Shown here in pieces: positions 52,640 to 64,000 of a DNA stretch of 64,000 bases; the first letter of the stretch is position 1, and the number at the start of each line of letters is the position of its first letter. Position numbers and translations under genes: made by a program. The notes below the pieces were generated by a model. It searched no databases. It saw only the letters and a list, made by a program, of their open reading frames with translations, and was not told the origin of the DNA. The stretch is from assembly GCF_009914755.1 (NCBI RefSeq), contig NC_060936.1, one strand, 5' to 3'. This stretch comes from the human T2T-CHM13v2.0 reference genome, Homo sapiens.

Positions 52640-55600
52640 GTAGGGATGGCTTTGTCATCCCATGTTTTTACCTGTCCCTCAATAGGGATAATAATTCTAC
52701 CTAATTACTTGCTTGTGACAGTATGCATCATCATGAAATTCTGAATGTATAAACTGGTTGCCCTGGAGAAAATAAGAACCTCATGAACAGCCTTAAGCAC
52801 CCAGTCTAGTCGATTACTTTTAAAAAGTTAGTGGACATAATGCAAAGAATATATTTAATTCAGAAATAACATTGGTAAACCACTACTAGAAGATAAAGAT
52901 TATAACCTGAAAGCGGGTAACAGATTACATCAATTTAATTCCCAACTATCATCAAAGAAAATGCTAACTCTAGTAATTTTTCAAAATTGCTGTTATACGT
53001 CATTCCTCTTTCCAAAGAATCAAAGGTGATGCATTTTGAGCGCCTCTAAGTTTAATAAAAATGAAATATTAACTGTCAGGAATGCCCCCTTCAAGCATAC
53101 TCTCCTCTGTGCTCCTGCACGTTATTCTGATACTATGCTCCAGGTACAAACTACATCTCTGTACATTTCAAATACAGTATTAGGACTGTTTACTCATATG
53201 TTTTCACCACTCTAGATTCCAGGTCCTTGAAAACAAGGACTTTGTTTTATTTTTTGTTGTATCCCCTATCCTAAAACAATCTAGCATAATGCCAAGTACA
53301 CAGTCAGCACTCAAATATTTAATAATGGTCTGCACTCACCTGCTCGTGAGACCTCTTGTATCTGTCTTATTACCAAGGCCGTATCCTTGAAAAATACAGG
53401 TAAAATTTTATTTTAATGATTACATTATTCTACTATGCTCCAGTTATGAGCTGCTTTTCTTTGAATGCACAAAAGCATGAAGAGAGCCTGTCACATAATA
53501 TTTCTACTGACTAAAAATTATTACCCACTTCCACACCTTGTCCCTCTAGCCAACAACTGCTCGGCTAACAAGCACCACCCTAAAATAGTGCATCCCCACC
53601 GCCCCCCTGCCAAGTAAAAGTGAATACTCTGTCCTTTGTGTCCCCACCATACAGATTTCCATAGCAAAACTTATAGTTTCACTGGTTTATTCATGATTCT
53701 ATATAATCAGTCTCTTTATATATTTTGCAACTAGTTTGTCTCAGAAGGTATACTAGAATATCCTGTCACTCAAATCTGGAAGCTATATATGCTTCACTGA
53801 CTTTTTCATTAAATGGTCTCATAGAGAGAATTTTATTTTTTTTAAGGTAAATTTATTTCAGTCATGCTCTATGAGAACTTCAACTACCTTTCTAATAAAT
53901 ACATCAAAATTAGTTTCTGAGGAAAATTTTGTCCTTGACCTTGAGAATTCTTGGTCTTGAGAATTAGAACTTATCCAGCTCACCTCACCTGCTTTAACTG
54001 AATTGCACTTTGCCCAGATGCCGCAGGGACAAATGCCAAAGAAATGTGTCACTGTGGATATTATAAAGATATTGTTGAATATATTTTTCATTATATCATA
54101 TAGCAGCTTCTTTAGAGGACTAATGGGAAGAAACTGGTTTCATCATCTGGAGTAAATATTTTTTTCAGTGAACAGCTTTTATCTAAAGGACATTAACTCA
54201 TACCTGATACTTTCTTCCCTAAGGAATCTGGCTTAAAATCAAATGTGTGTGGAAGTATATGGGAATTAATGACATATGTTTTGGTATGTATATTTTCACT
54301 CCTGGTCTCATCTTACATGTATACTCTTATATTTCCATCTCAATTTTAAAATTTTATTTTATAAAATTAATACATTTATTTATTTTGCATCACTTTTTTA
54401 TATCTTCCTAAAACATCTTAAATCCTTTTAGAGACAAAGTAGGAAAAACATTTACTATTTTTTTCAGTTTAGCTATTGGGGATTAAACATTTTTCTTATT
54501 AATTTGTATGCACTTTTTATATATCAAGGCTAACTCTATTATTAATATATCTGTTACAAATATTTTTCTTTGTCTTTTTTTGCTTGAATCAAAATTTGGT
54601 TGAATCAGTATTTTTCTTTGCAATTTCTTTCATTGCTTTCATGCTTAAAAAGCCCTTCTCTCTTCAAAGATTAAACATTCACGTTTTCATTTGATGTTTA
54701 AGTTTTCACTTAAAAATTTTTATCCATCTAAAATGTATCTGAAGTATGACATGAGATACTGATATAAACTGATTTTTTCTTTCCTAACGGTAAATTCTTC
54801 TAGTATGACGTCCCTTCCCTCTTGATTCCCACTCCTTTTATCACGTTACAAATTGTAACGTACAGTATTTTCCTAATCTACTTGTTTAATATCTATTTTT
54901 TACACCAATAATGTCTCATAGATTTAACATTAGCTCTATTAATACCAGTCTTGGATAATCATGTGACCATAGTTTTAATTTTCATCTGCAAAGTGAATAC
55001 TTCACTAGTTGATGTAAGGATTAAAGTAAGACACTTTATATAAAAGAAAAGTGTCTTTCCTACTGGCTTTGACCCTTCTGCTCTGATCTGGTTGCAGGAC
55101 AGTTCTTCATATTTATCATCTTCTCTTAGACTTTTACCATTACCCACCCCATGGGGTCTTTTAGTCATCTAAACTCCCTGCTAATACCTATTTTATAACA
55201 GTAACCAACCAAGAAGCCAAGCAGCACCCCACTCTCAAAACACATTTTCAAAAATATGTCATAAGTAAAAGAATATTTATTGGATGCAGGTATATTACAA
55301 GAGAAAATTTAGGACAAAATAGCATTTACTCAACAAGAAAAAGGAAATTTTCCTTTATTCTTTAATAAAACATCTCAGTTAATATTTACAAGCACTGGAT
55401 ACAAATACTTCCTTTATGTTAAACCTAACACCCCCTTACCAGTAAAGATAAGCTTCCTTTTCATAACAGGTGAATACAATGTGCCATTCAAAGGCCCAGT
55501 CAGCTTACTAAAAACCCATTCTTCAGATATCTCATAAATCAACTATGTTATATAGTAAGAACCTGAAGTCTTTAATCATCATAAACACATTCCTGCAAAA

Positions 55601-55817
55601 TAAATACATAAGCTTAATTCTTAAAAGGCAAAAGCTTAAAATTCATGATCTGATTTGTAAAATATGCTAAGACTAATCTTTTGGTTGCATTTATTTGAAA
55701 TTTCTAAGTCATGTGAGAACTTTCTTTTTCCTTGAACTATCAGAGCCTATTTCTGTAAGCAAGCATAGAAAAAATAGTTTTCCTGGTTGGGGGAATATGG
55801 AATGCGTTTTCTCCATT

Positions 55818-56237
55818 TGAAACCAACCCATTAGTTCCCTAGATAGGTTTTGGATAAACATAGAAGTTGACCCTTCTGGTCTTAAAGCTTGAATCTTACA
55901 TTTGTTTTACCTGAGTTCCTTCCTCAGGAAATGACCTTCAGGCTGCTCAAAGTATCAAATAACTGAAACTCACCAGATCACCACATTCAGACAGACAATA
56001 AGATGCTAGACAACTCATTCATCATGATTGCTTCCTTGGCCCGCCTTAGTTCCTGTTTCTTTTACATTTCTTCCCTGCTATATGAACCCTTCGTTTTAGT
56101 CACTCAGGGAGATGGTTTGAGACTGAGTTCTCATCTTCCTGGCTGCAGCACCCATGGCAATACTTGTTGTCTCAGTCACTGGCTTTCTCTGCAGTGAGCA
56201 GCATGACCTAGACCAAACCCCTGGTGTTTTGGTAACT
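55818..56237 (+). mobile_element. ERV1-class solo LTR (MER4 group, MER83-like)
   Basis: Starts TGAAACC, ends GTAACT (decayed ...AACA), 4-bp TSD CATT on both sides. Confidence 0.85.
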
Positions 56238-56496
56238 CATTTTTATTTGCAGTTTCTGACATCCTTACAAATAAACATAAAGTTAACATTTTTACAAACA
56301 CTTCCTAATAAGGAAAAGTTTGAGGAGGGAAGGACATCACAGGGAAATAAATATCACAGGTTCTCCCACTGATCCCTGAGATTTGAGGGGACAGCAAACT
56401 GTGCAGAAATAATGAAAAAAAATAATAAAAATAGTCTGATAAAAACAGTACTGTTGTTTACTATTACTAATGGCCTTAATCAGTAAGGACTAAGAT

Positions 56497-56743
<247 letters not shown>

Positions 56744-56796
56744 TAAGATTTCAGTAGACAGTGTTTTCAGGTATTAAAGATCAGAGTTTTCTTTTA

Positions 56797-57141
<345 letters not shown>

Positions 57142-58128
57142 CTAATTGCTTCATCTTTTTCAAAATCTTCAAAGCGGTTATGGTCTTCTATACCTCTCCT
57201 CTGGTCCTAATTCGCTGCAACAGACTTTTACTTCACTTTCTTCTGTCTTAATTAAATCCACCCACAGACACACACAAACAGGGAGAAGACAGAAAGATTT
57301 GGAGACCCCTCTATCTATCATAAGCCAAAAGCTATTAGATTTCTGAATGTCCTGGATCTTCCAGCACATTTCAAAGTGACTTTGTTACCCACAATGGCCA
57401 TAATGCAACATTGTTTTATAATGATTTAAATTTGAGGTTTTAAAAAATGATAATAATATAGCCAATTATACTTTTTATTCAGCTGAAAAATATGAGGGCC
57501 TGAAAACAATGTAAATAGTATTTGAGAAGAGAAGACAAATCCAAGAGCTACTTAGAAGGCAGAATAAACAAGAATTGGTAACTGATTAAATGTGAGGAGT
57601 GAGGAGGTGGGGGCCTAGAATGACTCAGGATTTTTAGTTTCTGCAACCGTTAGGTAGAATGACAGTTGTTCACAAATTCTGATATTTTGTTATAGGGTTT
57701 TCTTGGATGTGGTCTTCTCTCTGTACTTAAAATTTAAAAAAAAAAAAAAAGAAAAGAAAAGCTTTGTTAAAGGTTGTTTTCTCAAGCCCCAATAAAACTA
57801 ACGGATAATCCAAACAGCCTCTTTCCAGACTTCCCATCCCCTACCCTTAAGGCCATTTTCCAGAATACTCTGAAATTAATGATTATATTACCACCACATC
57901 CCCTCCCACACACCCTCCCCCTCCCTCCCCCTGCCCCTGCAATCTGGGATTATGTAATTTCCTTACTTTCAGCATGAATCCCAAACTTCTTAGCATGACA
58001 TATAAGAGCCTTTCTAATTTGTTTCTCTGCTTTTGGTTCCTCATTTCTCACGGCTCTAGTATCCTGCCTATTGCTACCAGACTGCCTTTCATAAAATACA
58101 GTATCATGTAAACACAAATCCTTTATAA

Positions 58129-58654
58129 CTGGGGTCCCCAACCTCCAAGCCAGAGACCACTACCAGTTCATGGCCTTTTAGGAACCAGGTCACACAGCAG
58201 GAGGTGAGCAACAGGCAAGTGAGCAAAGCTTCATCTGTATTTATAGCCGCTCCCTATCGTTCATATTACTGCCTGAGCTCCGCCTCTGTCAGATCAGTGG
58301 AGGTATTAGATTCTCATAAGAGCATAAACCCTATTGTGAACTGCGCATTGCAAGGGATCTAGGTTGCGTGCTCCTTATTAGAATCTAATGCCTTATGATC
58401 TGTCACTGTTTCCCATCACCCCTAGATAAGACCATCTAGTTGCAGGAAAAAAACTCAGGGCTCCTACTGATTCTACATTATGGTGAGTTATATAATTATT
58501 TCATTATACATCACAATGTAATAATAATAGAAATAAGGTACACAATAAAGGTAATGTGCTTAAGTCATACTGAAACCATCCCTCCAGCCCAGTCCGTGGA
58601 AAAACTGTCTTCCACAAAACCAGTCCCTGGTGCCAAAAAGGTAAGGGACCACTG
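58129..58654. mobile_element. MER1A-like hAT-Charlie element, near full length
   Basis: TIRs CTGGGGTCCCC / GGGACCACTG, imperfect 8-bp TSD CTTTATAA / CTTTACGA. Confidence 0.9.
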
Positions 58655-58684
58655 CTTTACGAGACACTCTTAGCTTTAAAAGCT

Positions 58685-60025
<1,341 letters not shown>

Positions 60026-60027
60026 GG

Positions 60028-60573
60028 GGCTGGGTGTGGTTGCTCACGCCTGTAATCCCAGCACTTTGGGAGGCCGAGGCGGGTGATCACCTGAGGTCAG
60101 GAGTTTGAGACCAGCCTGGCCGACATGGTGAAATCGCACCGAGATCTCACCACTGCACTCCAGTCTGAGCAACACAGCAAGGCTCCATCTCAAATACAAT
60201 AAAATAACAACAGATTACTTGTAGGGCCCACTTTAGTTACAAATTTTATACTCTTAACTGTCTACCCCTTTTTGGTTTTTGTTTGTTTGTTTTTTGAGAC
60301 AGTCTCACTCTGTCGCCCAGGCTGGAGTGCAGTGGCACCGTCTCGGCTCACTGCAACCTCCACCACCCGGGGTTCAAACGATTCTCCTGCCTCAGCCTCC
60401 CAAGTAGCTGGGACTATAGGTGCCCGCCACCACGCCTGGCTAATTTTTGTATTTTTAGTAGAGATGAGGTTTCCCATGTTGGCCAGGATGGTATCGGTCT
60501 CTTGACCTTGTGATCCGCCCACCTCAGCCTCCCAAAGTGCTGGGATTACAGGCGTGAGCCACCCCAACAGGCC
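60028..60573. mobile_element. Internally deleted Alu (60028-60205, +) and Alu (60267-60573, -)
   Basis: Alu consensus. Confidence 0.9.
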
Positions 60574-61074
60574 AACTGTCCTCCGCTTTTGTATCTACCA
60601 TTGCACCTCATTCATTTTTCAACATTAGAAAGGGGGAAAAAATACAAACAAGACTCAAATCACAGCAAAGATATCCACAAATCCTGTAACCATTCCCTTT
60701 CATTCACAAAATGTTCTTTCATGGATATATGGCACTGGAGGGGGCTACCCAGCTTTATCGAATCCACTTTCCTATGTTTGGAGAATTCTTCACTTTATAA
60801 GGCAGAACCTTGCCCTAAAACTAAAGAAACTGAAAACCAGGTATTTGCTTTCCACATCTCTCTCCTAACTGGGACAGGGTTACGTGTAAGTCCTGAGCTT
60901 TTCCAGTCAGACAAACCAACCCCGACTTTGAAAAACTGAATCAACAAAAGGAGGAGGACGTAGAGGTCAAAGAGGAAGCAGCGACAGAAGCAAGCCCCAT
61001 AAGCAATCCATTCTGGTGAGGTTGAAGGCAACAGCAACAGCTAATTTACTCCAGTTTGAATTAATTAATCCTTC

Positions 61075-61417
<343 letters not shown>

Positions 61418-61670
61418 TTAGGAGTATCTGTCACCTTATGTCAGAGAAAGTACAAATAGTGTGAACATGTCACCTAACAGTGATGCTTTCACTGGACCAG
61501 CTCTGCAGTATAGTACGTAGCACACTGTTCCTGCACAAGACTGGTTCTTCTACCCTTTAGGAAATTCTATGAATAGCCCAATATCCTCTTTAATCACAAA
61601 GCCATTTATGATTAAAGTAGAGGGATTTCTATTATTTAAGACTATGAACACTAACGCATATTTTTCTTAG

Positions 61671-61969
61671 TTTTTTTTTTTTTTTTGAGACAGGGTCTCA
61701 CTCCATCACCCAGGTTGGAATGCGGTGGTACAATCTCAGCTCACTGCAACCTCCACCTCCTGGGCTCAAGCGATCCTCTCACCTCAGCCTCCTGAGTAAA
61801 TGGGAGCATAGGAGTGCGCCACCACACCCGGTTAATTTTTTCTATTTTTAGGAGACACAGGGTTTCACCACATTGCCCAGGCTGGTCTCAAACTCCTGAG
61901 CTAAAGTGATCCGCCCACCTCAGTCTCCGAAAGTGCTGGGATTACAGGCATGAGCCACCACGCCCAGCC
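61671..61969 (-). mobile_element. Alu (AluJ-like)
   Basis: TSD TAAC(G/A)CATATT. Confidence 0.92.
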
Positions 61970-62594
61970 TAACACATATTCTTAGATCACAACGGCATCC
62001 CAAAGCATCACTTTAAAGTTCAGATAAAGTAACTTCAACCCTTGCTCTGACAAAGTTTCGTATCTTACAACTCCCTACCTTCTACAAGTGGCATGTTTGC
62101 AGTCTCAGTTCTTCCCACAATCTACTATGACCCCTCTCTCCTTAAGAACCAATGTCAATATTCGTGAGACTGGTTAGCAGAAAACTGTCAGCTAAATCAC
62201 ATCCTGACCCTTCTTTCTGTACACACATTTAAAACAACATCTTGATGCAAACTGATATAAAAGGAACAATTTATTACAGATGCAAAAGCCAACTTAACAT
62301 TAAACTTTTGTATTTATATCACCATAAACAATGAAGTGTAAGAGAAAACCCAATTGAACAGTTTGGTTCACCCATGCCTTCATAACTTCAAAACCCAATA
62401 ATCATCAATACATAATGATGACAAGATAACCAGTTCTTGAATATTAAGAAACTAGAATTGTTGCTTTAGCATGTTTAAGACTATGCACCTCCCCCCTCTT
62501 CCCTCTCTGACACACACACACAAAATAACAGCATCAACAGCATCAGCAACATCATGAAATACCTACAACAAAAAATTTCAACCCTGGCAGCACT

Positions 62595-62755
62595 TGAGAA
62601 TGACCTAAGAAATTTATTTTAAAATATCCATTATGTGGGTTCTTTCATCAGAGATTCTGATTCAATTGGTCTGGGCTCGAACTCAGGAATCAATATTTTT
62701 TTAACAGCTTCCCAAGGAATTCTAATGCACTCACACAGGGCTTAGAACCAGTGAA
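62595..62755. mobile_element. MER5A-like element
   Basis: CAGAGATTCTGATTCAATTGGTCTGGG...TTAGAACCAGTG. Confidence 0.75.
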
Positions 62756-63328
62756 GAGGAACATAATGTTCTCAAGCACCTGTTTATCCATAGCATTCTA
62801 TTCTTGCACAGCTGGTGTTAATGTATTTAACTCATTAACCACTGACCCTAAATATTAGCTAATCATTAAGCCCCAGTTGGTACTCGCCTGTGTGGAGGTT
62901 ACCACATAGTCTGGGAGGATGACTTAAAATATTTTATTTTGGTGTTGGACTGTGTCATCTATAATTCTGGCTTCAGAGAACAGAGTAAAATATGATTGAG
63001 ATTTAATTGGTGGTTTTTCTGAATTGATCTAGGAGTGATCTGCTAAATGCTTTATGTACTTATACCCTTCCACTGTGCAAGACCATATAGGGGAACAAAG
63101 TAACAACTAAAATTCCTTCTCACACAATGGGTTTCCACATTTCCTTCAAAAGCTCTACAAATTGGGAAGGGGGATTTGAAAAGTTCACAAGTACTGCTTA
63201 AATTTTACTAAGCAGTAAATTTTACTAAGTAAAAATACACACATCTGTGAGAATAAAAGTAGATTTTCAAATTTCCACTATAACCTTTCAAGCTTTTGGC
63301 ACCCAATTTTATATATTTATAGCGATAA

Positions 63329-63800
<472 letters not shown>

Positions 63801-64000
63801 TCAAGCTCCATCCTACATCTACAGAATCGGAATCTGCACTGTAATAAGAGAATAAAACCAAAATACTATCTTTCCTTACATTAGTCTTTATAACATCAGA
63901 AAATACATAGTAAATGTATAGTAATAAAAGTTACATATACAATCCTAAAAATAACACTAACGAATATTTCTAGGATAAGTATATAAAGCATTTAGCAAAT

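Noticed and set aside
52950-53027. Two ATCAAAG TCF/LEF-like motifs (Wnt feedback?)
   Set aside because: 7-mers are expected many times in 64 kb of AT-rich DNA; no supporting context
54204-54218. 15-nt in-frame microexon-like unit (ttag|GGAAGAAAGTATCAG|gtatga); similar units at 9244-9277 and 17856-17859
   Set aside because: Poor pyrimidine tracts; these illustrate the background rate of pseudo-exons

Overview
Human (or near-identical great-ape) genomic DNA lying entirely inside LRP6 (Wnt co-receptor, LDL-receptor family), which is transcribed on the minus strand. The window runs from intron 2 (right end) through coding exons 3-11 into exon 12 (left end, truncated). All junctions are GT-AG and the exons splice into one open frame encoding the rest of YWTD propeller 1, EGF1, propeller 2, EGF2, propeller 3 and the start of EGF3. 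Exon numbers follow recalled LRP6 structure. The introns carry about 40 Alus, nested old L1s, two solo LTRs, several MER/Tigger DNA transposons, MIR/L2 relics, microsatellites, and a MORF4L1 (MRG15) processed pseudogene that is itself split by an Alu. There is no prokaryotic-type system (CRISPR, operon, etc.) and I cannot confirm a new biological system. The best leads are splicing-related: a candidate 9-nt in-frame microexon (Ala-Arg-Pro) at the EGF1/propeller-2 hinge, a few other micro/poison-exon candidates, an almost loop-less inverted Alu fusion, and an intact chromodomain-only ORF in the retrocopy. Repeat subfamily names come from visual recognition and repeat boundaries are approximate.
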